The notes: generated by a model not told the origin, from the sequence alone. 64,000 bases of DNA from Candidatus Pyrohabitans jungbluthii (GCA_002010065.2 MTMD02000014.1:96001-160000); one strand, 5' to 3'. Counted from the first letter of the stretch, positions 9,660-19,944 are shown. A program made the numbers and translations.

Positions 9660-10492
9660 CAGGACTTACCTCCTTGCGATACTGCATCAACATAAAAGAC
9701 TGCCCTGTAGGTGTACATGAAACACGTTGCGATAGTATTGGTAATTATGAGGATGAGGATTAAAACCACCCCGAGCCCAAAGCTGGGCGCCGGGAGAGTG
9801 CCTGCCTCAAGTTCTGCGACGCTAAGCTCAGGGATAGTGCTGAGGGCATGGTAGAAGAACACCAGTGCCATGGGTATATAGAGCAGGAGCATGGTAAAGG
9901 CAGATAGCAGAAGAAAGCCCAGCACAGAGATGGCATGAGATTTAACAAAGTTAAAGCTGTTTTTGAAGGTCTTTATGGGGTCGAGTCCATCTATGGCAAC
10001 GCCCACATCATAGAAGTTCAGCATTATGAGCACCGCGCCCAGCAGCAGAAAGCCAAGTAGTATAAAAATCAATGCAGAAGCAAGGGCGAAGTCCGGAGAG
10101 AACAGTGCCTTCGCAGCCAAGGCAAAGATTACTCCTATAATTATCAGCACAACAACACCCACAACGATGAGTATTAAGTAAATTATGCTTGCCAGCAGTA
10201 AGTAGATGTATCTCTTCTTCGCATTGCTCAGGAAACTGCTCACACTCACCTCGCTGCGAAGCGCCTCAGCAGCGGTTGCGAGTAATCCACCTGTAAAGAA
10301 TGGAGTGAGGAGCCACAGTAGTAGGGAGTAGGCTACACTCACCGCGACCACGCCGGCGCTTGTGCCGGAGTAGAAAAGCTGGAGGAGCATCTGGGGCAGA
10401 GAGAGGATGGTGTAGATAAGCGCGGGAAGAAGCAGCGCATGCCTGGTAAGCGCCAGCTTCCACGCGGCAGGAAAAGAGCTCAATGCACCCAT
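9659..10492 (-). CDS. Multi-pass membrane protein of unknown function
   Basis: 6-7 hydrophobic segments; overlaps the thrC start by 1 nt. Confidence 0.75.
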   Translation of the reverse strand: MGALSSFPAAWKLALTRHALLLPALIYTILSLPQMLLQLFYSGTSAGVVAVSVAYSLLLWLLTPFFTGGLLATAAEALRSEVSVSSFLSNAKKRYIYLLLASIIYLILIVVGVVVLIIIGVIFALAAKALFSPDFALASALIFILLGFLLLGAVLIMLNFYDVGVAIDGLDPIKTFKNSFNFVKSHAISVLGFLLLSAFTMLLLYIPMALVFFYHALSTIPELSVAELEAGTLPAPSFGLGVVLILILIITNTIATCFMYTYRAVFYVDAVSQGGKS

Positions 10493-10529
10493 GAGTGATG
10501 GAATGGCAAAGGGAGTATATAATCTTTCC

Positions 10530-10784
10530 CTACTGCTCCTCTATAAGCTCAGACAGAGTGCCACTTGCAACCTCTGCTTTTCTTTCAGCGCTCTCAGGTT
10601 TTTGAGCACCCCTTTTGAGGTGTTCTCCACCCTTCACCCAGATTTTCTTAAGGGCGAAGATCAGCAGGGCAATCAGCAGAACTATGTTTGCAGAGAGAAT
10701 AAAAATGAATACTTCCAGTGGGATTCCAACATTAGTAGAGGTCTGAGCAAGCCAGAGATTGAAATCTTCCAGGAGTGAAGCCAT
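10530..10784 (-). CDS. Small single-TM hypothetical protein
   Basis: ATG start, one hydrophobic segment and a charged tail; fills the intergenic gap. Confidence 0.55.
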   Translation of the reverse strand: MASLLEDFNLWLAQTSTNVGIPLEVFIFILSANIVLLIALLIFALKKIWVKGGEHLKRGAQKPESAERKAEVASGTLSELIEEQ

Positions 10785-10867
10785 GAAAGAGTTTTAGCCT
10801 GATTGTGATATATACCTTATCCTTGATTATTCAGGCGTTAATCTTCATGCTATGCATCGGTGATAGA

Positions 10868-11692
10868 ATGAGGATTAAAGTGCTGATGGAAAATAGTGTG
10901 TTGAACCCTATTAGAGCGTGCGGTGAGCATGGGCTGGCGCTCCTCATAGAAACGCAGGGGAAGCGCTTCCTTTTTGACACAGGGCAGAGCGAGAGGATTG
11001 TTGAGAATGCTCTTACGATGAGGGAGGAACTCAGAGACCTGGATGGGATAATAATCAGTCATGGGCACTATGACCATACCGGCGGGCTTAAAGCTGTTAT
11101 TGAGGCTGCTGGAGGGGTGGACGTATACGCTCACCCCGACATCTTCACACCTAGATACGGAAAAGAGCCCTTCAACAGGTACATTGGCGTGCCCTTCAGG
11201 AGGGAAGACCTGGAAAGCATAGGCGCGAGATTCATACCCGTGGTTGAGCCGGTGGAAGTTGTTCCCGGGCTGTGGATAAGCGGAGAGGTTCCAAGGAGAA
11301 CAGACTTTGAGGGTAGGGATAAAAATCTGTATGTGCTTGAGGGCGATGAGGAGAGAGTCGACCCCTTCAGGGATGACCTGAGCCTCTACGCGACTCTGGC
11401 TGAGGGGGTGCTGGTGATACTTGGATGTGCCCACGCAGGTGTGGTTAACATCATAGAGCACGCCAAGGAGGTAACAGGGAAGAAGGATGTTTATGGAATA
11501 CTGGGTGGGACCCACCTCGGGTTAGCGGGTGAGGAGCAGAGGAGTAAAACCATAGAGTACTTCAAAAACCTCAATCTGAAATTTCTTGCACCAAACCACT
11601 GCACCGGCTTGGCAATTATTTCAGAACTCAGGGCGATGTACGGCGATAAAATGCACTTCGCATCGGTTGGGGCTGAGTTCGAGTTTGAGTGA
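10868..11692 (+). CDS. Metallo-beta-lactamase-fold hydrolase (COG1237 type)
   Basis: EHGLA, FDTG, SHGHYDHTGG, GCAHAG, GGTHL and PNHCTG motifs. ATG at 10868 follows a GGTGA RBS. Confidence 0.9.
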   Translation: MRIKVLMENSVLNPIRACGEHGLALLIETQGKRFLFDTGQSERIVENALTMREELRDLDGIIISHGHYDHTGGLKAVIEAAGGVDVYAHPDIFTPRYGKEPFNRYIGVPFRREDLESIGARFIPVVEPVEVVPGLWISGEVPRRTDFEGRDKNLYVLEGDEERVDPFRDDLSLYATLAEGVLVILGCAHAGVVNIIEHAKEVTGKKDVYGILGGTHLGLAGEEQRSKTIEYFKNLNLKFLAPNHCTGLAIISELRAMYGDKMHFASVGAEFEFE

Positions 11693-11726
11693 GATATCTC
11701 CCTACGGCGTGAGATGAGGAATAGGC

Positions 11727-13097
11727 ATGGAAGACTCTTCAAACAAAAGAATCGCCTTACTTATTGCCACAATGGGCTCTTTCCTCACACCTTTCATGGT
11801 TTCCTCTGTGAACATTGCCCTCCCATTAATTGCGGAAGAATTTGCAATGGACGCTGTGCTGCTTGGCTGGGTTGCCACCTCATTTCTCTTGGCCGCGGCT
11901 ATGTTTCTTGTCCCTTTTGGGAGGATAGCAGACATACATGGAAGGAAGAGGATTTTTACCTGTGGAATCTTAATTTATACTTTTTCATCTTTTCTTTGTG
12001 CGATTTCGACCTCTTCAGCTCTGCTCATCTCTTTCCGAATTTTGCAGGGAATAGGGAGTGCGATGATATTTGGTACTGGGGTAGCGATTCTAACCTCAGT
12101 GTTTCCTGCCCAAGAAAGGGGTAAAGCCCTAGGAATAAATGTTGCTTCTGTCTACTTGGGACTTTCTCTTGGACCATTCTTTGGCGGATTTTTAGCGCAG
12201 CACTTTGGGTGGAGAAGCATTTTTCTTGTAAATGTGCCTTTAGGCTTGCTAATAGCTGCTCTTATTTTCTGGAAATTGAAGGGTGAGTGGGCTGAAGCGA
12301 AGGGAGAGAGCTTTGACTTTACGGGTTCTATAATCTACAGCTTAACGCTTATAGCGGTAATGTATGGTTTTTCTCTGTTGCCAGCAAGGGCAGGTGCATG
12401 GCTGATTTTAATAGGTGCCTTGGGGATTTTTGCTTTTGTTAAGTGGGAAACTAAGCAGGAGAGTCCTGTTCTGGATATAAATTTCTTCAGAAAAAATAAA
12501 GTATTCGCTTTCTCTAACTTAGCGGCGTTGATTAATTACAGCGCCACATTTGCTGTGAGCTTTCTTCTAAGCCTTTACCTGCAGTATATTAGATCACTCA
12601 GCCCGCAAAATGCAGGCTTGGTGCTGGTTTCTCAGCCCGTTGTTCAGGCAATTTTTTCACCCTTTGCTGGAAGGCTATCAGACAGGATTGAGCCACGAAT
12701 AGTTGCTTCAATAGGAATGGCGTTTACATTTTTGGGACTTTTTCTTTTCACTTTTTTAAACGAAAGAACGCCTTTGGAGTTCATTTTGGCCAGCTTAATC
12801 CTTCTCGGTTTTGGCTTTGCCCTTTTCTCATCTCCGAATACAAATGCTGTTATGTCTTCAGTTGAAAATAGATTTTACGGGGTAGCCTCGGGAATACTCG
12901 GGACTATGAGACTTATTGGGCAGATGCTAAGCATGGGAATTGTTATGCTGATATTCGCATTATATATTGGAAGAGTGGAAATTACACCTGAATATTATCC
13001 TGCTTTTCTTAGGAGTGTGAAAATAGCATTCTTCATTTTCGCATTCCTTTGTTTTGGGGGTATATTTGCATCCCTTGCAAGAGGTAAGGTAAGGTGA
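11727..13097 (+). CDS. MFS transporter, 14-TM DHA2/EmrB-like
   Basis: VNIALP, GRIADIHGRKR, RILQGIG, GWRSIFLVNVP, FSSPNTNAVM. AT-richer than its neighbours. Confidence 0.93.
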   Translation: MEDSSNKRIALLIATMGSFLTPFMVSSVNIALPLIAEEFAMDAVLLGWVATSFLLAAAMFLVPFGRIADIHGRKRIFTCGILIYTFSSFLCAISTSSALLISFRILQGIGSAMIFGTGVAILTSVFPAQERGKALGINVASVYLGLSLGPFFGGFLAQHFGWRSIFLVNVPLGLLIAALIFWKLKGEWAEAKGESFDFTGSIIYSLTLIAVMYGFSLLPARAGAWLILIGALGIFAFVKWETKQESPVLDINFFRKNKVFAFSNLAALINYSATFAVSFLLSLYLQYIRSLSPQNAGLVLVSQPVVQAIFSPFAGRLSDRIEPRIVASIGMAFTFLGLFLFTFLNERTPLEFILASLILLGFGFALFSSPNTNAVMSSVENRFYGVASGILGTMRLIGQMLSMGIVMLIFALYIGRVEITPEYYPAFLRSVKIAFFIFAFLCFGGIFASLARGKVR

Positions 13098-13158
13098 TTA
13101 AGCTGCTCGAAACCCTTATATATCCCCCGTTTTTATAATATCCTAAAGGAGGAATAGT

Positions 13159-13587
13159 ATGGGACTGAAAGACCTTTTTACAAAGTTTCAGGGGAGCACT
13201 TCCAGAACTTATACTAACCTTGAAGATTATGTGGAGATTGAGATTCAGGAGGGTATGCCCGAGGAGAGAGGCAGCGCCGGGAAGTATGTTAAGGTGTGCA
13301 AGCTCGGTGGCTTTGCAGACGTAGACATCTCCGCAAGGGAGCTTAGCAATGGCAATGTGGTTATACTTGACATTAAACCCCTCGCCGAGAGGAGCATGAA
13401 TGAACTAAAGCATGCGGTGGATGAGATAAAGGAAATAGTATCGAGCATGGGAGGGGATATCGCTGGGCTCAGTGAGTATCTGCTCATACTAACCCCGCCC
13501 TACATGAAGATAGAGAGGAGTACCGAAGCTCGAGCTACTGACTTCGAAGAAGCCATGGAACGGGTGAGGAAGAGGGTTGCAAAGTAA
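13159..13587 (+). CDS. sepF: Archaeal cell-division protein SepF
   Basis: GNVVILDI...GGDIAGL..YLLILTP motif; GGAGG RBS. Confidence 0.88.
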   Translation: MGLKDLFTKFQGSTSRTYTNLEDYVEIEIQEGMPEERGSAGKYVKVCKLGGFADVDISARELSNGNVVILDIKPLAERSMNELKHAVDEIKEIVSSMGGDIAGLSEYLLILTPPYMKIERSTEARATDFEEAMERVRKRVAK

Positions 13588-14119
13588 TGTAAAGCTGTCT
13601 ACGCCCTGCCCTGCGTGCGGTAACGAAAAAGCTACCCTTGAGTTCTTTCAGTTTAACATACCTTACTTTGGGGAGGTAATGGAAAGCGTTCTTCTGTGCA
13701 GGCGCTGCGGCTATCGCCACACCGATGTGATGGTGCTTGAGCAGAAGGAGCCAGCCAAGTACACCCTGGTTATTGACAGCGCCGAGGACATGTACATTCG
13801 AGTTATACGTTCGAGCAGCGCAACTATAGAAGTGCCGGAGCTTGGAATAGAGGTTACCCCTGGGAGCGAGGCTCAGGGCTTCGTTTCAAACGTGGAGGGC
13901 GTGCTTCTGCGTATGGAAGAAGCGGTGCGCACTGCCCAGAGGTGGGCGGAGAGCGAAGCCGCCAAAAAGCGTGCAAAGGAGCTTTTGAGGGAGATAGCTG
14001 AGATTAAGGCAGGGAAGAGGCGGGCTACGCTGATAATCTCTGATCCCACAGGCAACAGCGCCATAATATCAGAAAAAGCCAGGAAGGAGGCATTAGGTGA
14101 AGATAGCCCGGGCGAGTAA
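13577..14119 (+). CDS. ZPR1-type zinc-finger protein
   Basis: CPAC...IPYFGEV...CRRCGYR, VIRSSSA, SNVEGVL, DPTGNSAI. Confidence 0.92.
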   Translation: MQSNVKLSTPCPACGNEKATLEFFQFNIPYFGEVMESVLLCRRCGYRHTDVMVLEQKEPAKYTLVIDSAEDMYIRVIRSSSATIEVPELGIEVTPGSEAQGFVSNVEGVLLRMEEAVRTAQRWAESEAAKKRAKELLREIAEIKAGKRRATLIISDPTGNSAIISEKARKEALGEDSPGE

Positions 14120-14591
14120 AGGCGAGAGGGAGGTCATAAGGCGGGGGGTGGAGAAGTACGGCGCAAGCTTGAAGGAGGTGCTTCATGGCAGGGAGCTTCT
14201 CGTTGCAAAAAATGGCAGACGCGTGGTGAGTGTCGCCTCCCGCAAAGTGCTTGAAACACTGAAAAGGATGAGGCGCGAGCCCTACAGCGCAGGGCTTGCG
14301 ATAGGAGAAATAAAGAGGGGAGAGTTCAAGCTCGGCTTGGAAGGCGCTTACCTAATAGCAGGACGGGCAAAGAAGTATGTGAAGGTGAATGAAAAGGGGG
14401 AACAGTTAGTTTTATATGGGAGAGATGTCTTTATAAACTCGGTAGTTGAGCAGGGCGAGATAGAGAAAGGAGACCCCTGCTTTATACTCAATCTGCGCGG
14501 CGAGCCTCTCGCTCTAGGCAGAGTGCGCATGGGAAATATTTTTGTGGAAAACCTGCAGGACAGAGGCATGTATTTGAGGAAAGGAGAGTAG
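14097..14591 (+). CDS. Nip7-like PUA-domain ribosome biogenesis protein
   Basis: PYSAGL.IG, EQLVLYGRDV and DRGMYLR motifs; conserved SepF-ZPR1-PUA neighbourhood. Confidence 0.8.
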   Translation: MKIARASKGEREVIRRGVEKYGASLKEVLHGRELLVAKNGRRVVSVASRKVLETLKRMRREPYSAGLAIGEIKRGEFKLGLEGAYLIAGRAKKYVKVNEKGEQLVLYGRDVFINSVVEQGEIEKGDPCFILNLRGEPLALGRVRMGNIFVENLQDRGMYLRKGE

Positions 14592-14595
14592 GGCT

Positions 14596-15366
14596 ATGGT
14601 TCTGGAAAAGGGTGATTTTGTAAAGATAAATTATACGGGCAGGATAAAGGACGGCGAGGTATTTGACACCACCATTGAGGAGGTTGCCAAGGAGCACGGA
14701 ATTTACGACCCCAGGGTTAGGTTCAAGGCTCAGGCTATTGTTATAGGTGCCGGGCACGTAATCCCCGGCCTGGACGAAGCCCTCGTTGGTATGGAAGTTG
14801 GAGAGAAGCGCGTGATCGAGGTTCCGCCTGAGAAGGGCTTCGGGTTGCGGGATCCCAGCAAGGTTAAGGTTGTGCCTCTGCGCGAGTTTAAGAAGCAGGG
14901 GTTGAAGCCATACCCCGGGATGCGCATAGAGGCAGAGGGCAAGGTAGGCAGGGTGCAGAGCGTCTCAGGCGGCCGCGTGCTGGTGGACTTCAACTCTGAG
15001 CTAGCCGGCAAGACGCTCGTTTATGAGGTGAATGTGGAGGAGAAGATAAACAAGCTGGAGGAGAAGATTCGCCTGCTGCTGGAGAGGCACTTCCCGTACG
15101 CTGACCCCAATGAGCACGAGATTCGCTGTGAGGACGGCAGGGCGATTATTACTCTGAGCGACGCTGTTAAGCTGCGAAGCGATGCCTTTATCGCCAAACA
15201 TCTCGTTGCAAAGGAGATATTCGAATACCTGGACGGAATAAACGAAGTGGAGTTCCAGGAGATATTCAAGAAGCCGGAGGAGAAAAAAGAGGAGAAGGTT
15301 GAAGAGAAGAAGCAGGAGAAAAAGAAGGCAAAGCCGAAGAGGAGGAGAAGGAAGAAGTCGAGTTAG
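14596..15366 (+). CDS. FKBP-type peptidyl-prolyl isomerase (long archaeal SlyD type)
   Basis: GDFVKINYTGR, FDTT, VIPGLDEAL, PPEKGFG, VDFNSELAGK; Lys/Arg-rich tail. Confidence 0.93.
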   Translation: MVLEKGDFVKINYTGRIKDGEVFDTTIEEVAKEHGIYDPRVRFKAQAIVIGAGHVIPGLDEALVGMEVGEKRVIEVPPEKGFGLRDPSKVKVVPLREFKKQGLKPYPGMRIEAEGKVGRVQSVSGGRVLVDFNSELAGKTLVYEVNVEEKINKLEEKIRLLLERHFPYADPNEHEIRCEDGRAIITLSDAVKLRSDAFIAKHLVAKEIFEYLDGINEVEFQEIFKKPEEKKEEKVEEKKQEKKKAKPKRRRRKKSS

Positions 15367-15574
15367 GGTTTATGCATTTTGCTTTAAACCTACCTTCTTC
15401 TTTTAAAATCCTATAGGATTATATAAGCCATCTGGAACTTTCTTTCGAGTTGCAACAAAACAACCACATTATTTTCTAAAACTACTCCAAGCACCAATAT
15501 TTCAGAAATAAAATTGGCAATCTAGCCCTCAATACCATGCGCAATATTTAAATCTCAACGCAAACTAGGACAAC

Positions 15575-16684
15575 CTACTGAAACCTCCTCAAAATATTGT
15601 AAAGCGTATCCCTCTGCGCCGCCGGACGCGAGATCTGCTTGATCAGCGCGACTATTCTCTCGGGAGGGAGGTAACGCGTTTCATAGCCCGTAGCCTTTAC
15701 CACATTCTCCTCTATCATCGTACCCCCAAAGTCGTTGGCGCCGCTGCAGAGCGCAAGCTGCGCCATGCGTTCGCCCTGGGTAAGCCACGAAGCTTGGATG
15801 TTTCTGAAGCTTTCGCCCAGCACCAGCCTCGCTACAGCCACGACGGTGAGGTAGTCTATCCCCCCTGCCTCATACATGCGCTGCTTCGCTGCAAGTGCGG
15901 TGTTGCCCGGTTTAAAACTCCAGGGTATGAAGGCGGTGAAGCCATGCGTAGCCTCCTGCATCTCTCTCAGGCGCAGAAGATGCCTGGCGCGGTCTTCGTT
16001 GCTCTCTCCAAGACCGAAAACCATCGTTGCAGTCGTGGGAATGCCGAGCTCATGCGCAACCAGCATCACCTCGCGCCACTCCCGCCAGGAGATTTTATTG
16101 GGGCTCACTTCACGACGAATGCGGTCGCTGAGAATCTCCGCCCCGCCGCCGGGCATGCTCTGCAGTCCAGCTTCTTTTAACCGAGACAGTACCTCGCGTA
16201 TGCTGAGCCCTTCAACCCTGGCAATGTGCACTATCTCGCTGGGCGAGAAGAAATGGCGCTGCACCTGCGGGAAGCGCTCCCTTACGCGTTGAAGCACCTC
16301 CTCGTAGTACTCGATGCTCAACTCCGGGTTGAGTCCGCCCTGGAGCAGCACCTGCGTGGCGCCCAGCTTTACAGCGCGGGCTATCTTCTCAAGAATCTCC
16401 TCTACGCTAAGAGTATAAGCCTCGCTGCTCCCAGGCGCGCGATAGAAGGCGCAGAACTTGCACGCGCTCACGCAAGCGTTGGTGTAGTTTATGTTTGTGT
16501 CGATGACGAATGTTACGAGGTCACCCACTTGGCGGCTACGAAGCTCGTCCGCAGCTAGGGTTATAAGCTTCAGCTCCCTAGACTCGAGAAGCAGGGTAAC
16601 CTCCTTCAGGCTGAGCTTTTCTCCAGCCAGCGCCTTTTCCAGCGTCGCTATAACTTCGCTGTCAGCGCTTTCTAAAAGCTTCAT
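15575..16684 (-). CDS. mqnC: Cyclic dehypoxanthinyl futalosine synthase (radical SAM, CofH/MqnC family)
   Basis: NINYTNAC.S.CKFCAF, LLQGGLNP, PGGGAEIL, FIPWSF, IQASWLTQG, GANDFGGTMIEENVV; downstream of mqnA. Confidence 0.88.
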   Translation of the reverse strand: MKLLESADSEVIATLEKALAGEKLSLKEVTLLLESRELKLITLAADELRSRQVGDLVTFVIDTNINYTNACVSACKFCAFYRAPGSSEAYTLSVEEILEKIARAVKLGATQVLLQGGLNPELSIEYYEEVLQRVRERFPQVQRHFFSPSEIVHIARVEGLSIREVLSRLKEAGLQSMPGGGAEILSDRIRREVSPNKISWREWREVMLVAHELGIPTTATMVFGLGESNEDRARHLLRLREMQEATHGFTAFIPWSFKPGNTALAAKQRMYEAGGIDYLTVVAVARLVLGESFRNIQASWLTQGERMAQLALCSGANDFGGTMIEENVVKATGYETRYLPPERIVALIKQISRPAAQRDTLYNILRRFQ

Positions 16685-17511
16685 CTCTCTCCTCCCACAA
16701 GTCTTATCTCCGGCGGCGAAGGTATTATCCCGTGCTTTGAAGCAAGCTCAAAGAACCTGCGAAGCCCGCGAAGGTTAGCTTCGCTCAGGCTGTAATCCAA
16801 GCAGCGAAGGTGCTCCTCCATTGCTTTAGAAGGGATGCCCAGCTGGGCAGCGAGCTGGGCAGCAAGCTCTGAAAAGTGCTCATAAGCGTAGCTCCTCGCT
16901 TCATTCAGCGTAAGCTTTAGCTTCTCCACCTCTTCCCTGCGGTGTGCAAAGCTCTTCCTCACCAGCCACAGCGCATAAACCATTGGCAGGCGCGTTAAAG
17001 CATGCCACTCCTCGCCCAGGTCGGCGATTACAAGCTCGCGCCTATGGTACCCCTCTACTATGGCATGATCGCCTATGAGAAGCGCAGCCTCAGCATGGCG
17101 AAGCATCTCCTCCAAGCGAGGGCTCTGGTTCTTTATGAGCCGGGCATTAATCCCACGCTCCCTTAGCAGGATTTCAAGCAGCGCCACGGAGCTTGCGCTT
17201 GTGCTTGTGGTTGCGATGCTCTTACCATCTAGCTCCTCGAGGCATGAGGCTTCTCTTGAAAACACCAGAATGCTGCCCGTTCCAGCAGGCGCGCTTATGG
17301 AGAATCCGTCAAGTATGAAAAACTCTCCTGGATGGAGGGCATATACTATCGACGACGTAGGTGCAGCGTCAACCTCACCGCGATGCAAAAGCTCGCCAAG
17401 CTCAGGCGGGTGTGCCCTGACAAGCTCCACCCCTGCGGAGTTAACAACGCCGCTACGAATCGCGTGGTATATGAAGTCGGTGTTCTTGAAATGGGTCTCT
17501 CCAAGGCGCAA
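16681..17511 (-). CDS. mqnA: Chorismate dehydratase (futalosine pathway)
   Basis: FKNT..IY, SASSVALL, LLIGD.A and DLGEEW..LT.LPMVYALW motifs. Confidence 0.88.
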   Translation of the reverse strand: MRLGETHFKNTDFIYHAIRSGVVNSAGVELVRAHPPELGELLHRGEVDAAPTSSIVYALHPGEFFILDGFSISAPAGTGSILVFSREASCLEELDGKSIATTSTSASSVALLEILLRERGINARLIKNQSPRLEEMLRHAEAALLIGDHAIVEGYHRRELVIADLGEEWHALTRLPMVYALWLVRKSFAHRREEVEKLKLTLNEARSYAYEHFSELAAQLAAQLGIPSKAMEEHLRCLDYSLSEANLRGLRRFFELASKHGIIPSPPEIRLVGGER

Positions 17512-18630
17512 TTAATCCCACCTCTGGATTATCTCGTAATCTGTGGAGCGCTGCGCGGGTATGCGCTTCGCCTCGCGTATCAGCTTGATAAGCTCCTCTT
17601 TGGTCGCAAGCTGCGCCGTTTTTGCCCCTGCAGCATGGGCTACACGCTCCTCCACGACGGTGCCGTCTAAATCGTTGGCGCCGTAGTGCAGCGCCACCTG
17701 GGCAAGCTTCTTGCCCAGCATCACCCAGTATGCGCGGATGTTGCGGATGCTATCGCCCAGAAGCACCCTTGCCACGGCGATGGTGCGCAACACGTCTATG
17801 GCAGAGGTGCGCATCAGCTCGGGGTGAGAGCGCTTCAGCGGGGTGTTCTCCGGGTGGTAAACCAAAGGAATAAAGGACATAAACCCTCGCGTAGTCTTCT
17901 GAAGCTCCCGCAGCTTGAGCATGTGGTCTACGCGCTGGCGCAGGCTTTCCACGTGACCAAAGAGCATGGTTGCGTTGCTCTTTATCCCAAGCTCATGCGC
18001 ACACCGCATCACCTCTAACCATTCCTTCGCAGAAGCCTTGTTGGGGCAGAGCTTTTTCCTCAGCTCCTCGTCAAGAATCTCAGCCCCACCGCCTGGCATA
18101 CTCCTCAAGCCTGCCTCCTTAAGGCGAGAAAGCACCTCTCGCACACTCATCCCGAAATTCTTGGAGAAGAAGGCTATCTCTGTGGCGGTAAATGCCTTGA
18201 GATGGAGCTGGGGAAAGCGTCGCCTAATCTCGCGCAGCATTTCCTCGTAGTACTCGAAGGGTAGTTCAGGGTTGTGCGAGCCCACGATGTGAAGCTCGGT
18301 AGCGCCTTCGCGAGCCGCTTGCGAAGCTTTCTCCAGTACCTCCTCGATGCTCAGCGTGTAAGCCTCGTCACTTTCAGGCGTGCGGTAGAAGGCGCAGAAG
18401 TCGCACGCGCTTACGCAGGCGTTGGTGTAGTTTATCTGACGGTTAACCACAAAGGTTACAATATCGCCCACCTGGCGTCGGCGAAGCTCGTCGGCGAGGG
18501 TGCCTAAGAGGAAGAGGTTGTCGCTCTCTATGAGCGCATACCCATCTTGCCTCGAAAGCTCCTCTCCCGCGAGAGCCTTCTCAGCGATTTCGTAAGCCTC
18601 GCTGTCTCTGAGTTCGCGGAGCAGCCTCAT
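17512..18630 (-). CDS. mqnE: Aminofutalosine synthase (radical SAM)
   Basis: CxxxCxxC, ELHIVG, KAFTATEI, SNATMLFGHVE, FIPLVYHPENT, IRAYWVMLG, GANDLDGTV.EE. Confidence 0.88.
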   Translation of the reverse strand: MRLLRELRDSEAYEIAEKALAGEELSRQDGYALIESDNLFLLGTLADELRRRQVGDIVTFVVNRQINYTNACVSACDFCAFYRTPESDEAYTLSIEEVLEKASQAAREGATELHIVGSHNPELPFEYYEEMLREIRRRFPQLHLKAFTATEIAFFSKNFGMSVREVLSRLKEAGLRSMPGGGAEILDEELRKKLCPNKASAKEWLEVMRCAHELGIKSNATMLFGHVESLRQRVDHMLKLRELQKTTRGFMSFIPLVYHPENTPLKRSHPELMRTSAIDVLRTIAVARVLLGDSIRNIRAYWVMLGKKLAQVALHYGANDLDGTVVEERVAHAAGAKTAQLATKEELIKLIREAKRIPAQRSTDYEIIQRWD

Positions 18631-18660
18631 CCTGTGCTGGAGAAAAACTTAACGGGCGCA

Positions 18661-18843
18661 TTAAAACTTGCGGCTATCCTTCAGGTTGAGTGCAGCCACC
18701 TCAAAGAGAATCGCCCACAGCAGGTACTGAATCATGTAGAGCGCAGCTAGGGCATCGTCCACCTCTCTAACAGCGCGGTATATCCCGCCAATTACCGCCA
18801 GCACCGCTAACAGGTGCATAGCAAGGGTTACCCTCTCCTTCAT
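18661..18843 (-). CDS. Small 2-TM hypothetical protein
   Basis: 60 aa with two hydrophobic segments, co-oriented between cobT and mqnE. Confidence 0.5.
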   Translation of the reverse strand: MKERVTLAMHLLAVLAVIGGIYRAVREVDDALAALYMIQYLLWAILFEVAALNLKDSRKF

Positions 18844-18885
18844 TCTCCCACCGGGTTTACTTTCCCGCGGGAGGTATATAAAACT

Positions 18886-19944
18886 TCACTCTATCTTCTC
18901 ACTCACCCCTGCCTCTGCGAATGTTGCCATTTCGTTGAGGATTCTAACCCCTGCTTCTACTAGGCAAATACCAAGCGCTGCACCTGTGCCTTCGCCAAGG
19001 CGAAGGTTGAGGTTGAGCAGCGGTTTAAGCCCGAGGTGTTCCAGCATCACCCTATGCCCAACTTCCTGGGATAGGTGGCTCGCAATCATGTACTGCTTAG
19101 CCAGAGGAGCAAGCTCACCAGCGATAAGCGCTCCTGCGGTGGCTATAAACCCGTCGATTACCACGGCTACGCGGTGCGCCGCTGCTGCTAAAGCCACGCC
19201 AGCTATACCAGCGATTTCATACCCACCAACCTTCGCAAGCACATCTATTGCATCGCTCGGGTCAGGGCGGTTAACTTCTAGGGCGCGCTTAATCACTTCC
19301 ACCTTGCGCTTCCAGGCTTCGTCGTCTATACCCGTGCCCCTTCCTGTAACCTCCTCCACGGCTCGGCGGGTGATAGCTGCGCATATTGCCGCGCTGGGCG
19401 TGGTGTTGCCAATGCCCATATCTCCCACGCCTGCGATGTCCACGCCTCGCTTGAACTCCTTCTCAAAAACCTCTATTCCAGCCTCTATAGCTTCGACAGC
19501 CTGCTCCCGCGTCATCGCAGGTTCGCGTGCCATGTTGCGCGTGCCGTAGGCGACCTTCTTCTTCACCAGTCCCTCCTCAGCCTCTATGTCAGCGGCCACG
19601 CCCATGTCGACGACGACAACACGAGCGCCAGCGTGGCGGGCAAGCACATTTATCGCCGCACCCCCGCGCAGGAAGTTGTACACCATCTGAGGCGTAACCT
19701 CCTGCGGATATGCGCTTACGCCTTCCTCAACTACGCCGTGGTCGCCAGCCATGGTAAATATAACCTTATTCTCAATCTTTGGTCTGGGGGCGCGCTGTAT
19801 ACCAGCCATCTTTATGCTCAGCTCCTCAAGAATGCCCAGACTGCCCTGGGGTTTGGTGAGGTTGTCCTGCCTCTCCTTCGCAAGCTTCATTGCTTCCTCG
19901 TCAATGGGCTCAATCTTCTCTATTATCTCATCAAGCCTGCTCAT
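18886..19944 (-). CDS. cobT: Nicotinate-nucleotide:dimethylbenzimidazole phosphoribosyltransferase (bacterial-type)
   Basis: [49 protein letters not shown]. Confidence 0.95.
   Translation of the reverse strand: MSRLDEIIEKIEPIDEEAMKLAKERQDNLTKPQGSLGILEELSIKMAGIQRAPRPKIENKVIFTMAGDHGVVEEGVSAYPQEVTPQMVYNFLRGGAAINVLARHAGARVVVVDMGVAADIEAEEGLVKKKVAYGTRNMAREPAMTREQAVEAIEAGIEVFEKEFKRGVDIAGVGDMGIGNTTPSAAICAAITRRAVEEVTGRGTGIDDEAWKRKVEVIKRALEVNRPDPSDAIDVLAKVGGYEIAGIAGVALAAAAHRVAVVIDGFIATAGALIAGELAPLAKQYMIASHLSQEVGHRVMLEHLGLKPLLNLNLRLGEGTGAALGICLVEAGVRILNEMATFAEAGVSEKIE

Noticed and set aside
15367-15574. AT-rich 200-bp gap between convergent genes with palindrome AATCCTATAGGATT (15407-15420)
   Set aside because: I recognised no ORF, RNA fold or repeat partner. 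It is probably a terminator region or eroded DNA.
15575-18630. Two CofH-like radical SAMs as F420 (FO synthase) genes
   Set aside because: They flank mqnA and carry MqnC- and MqnE-specific motifs, and cofG is absent.
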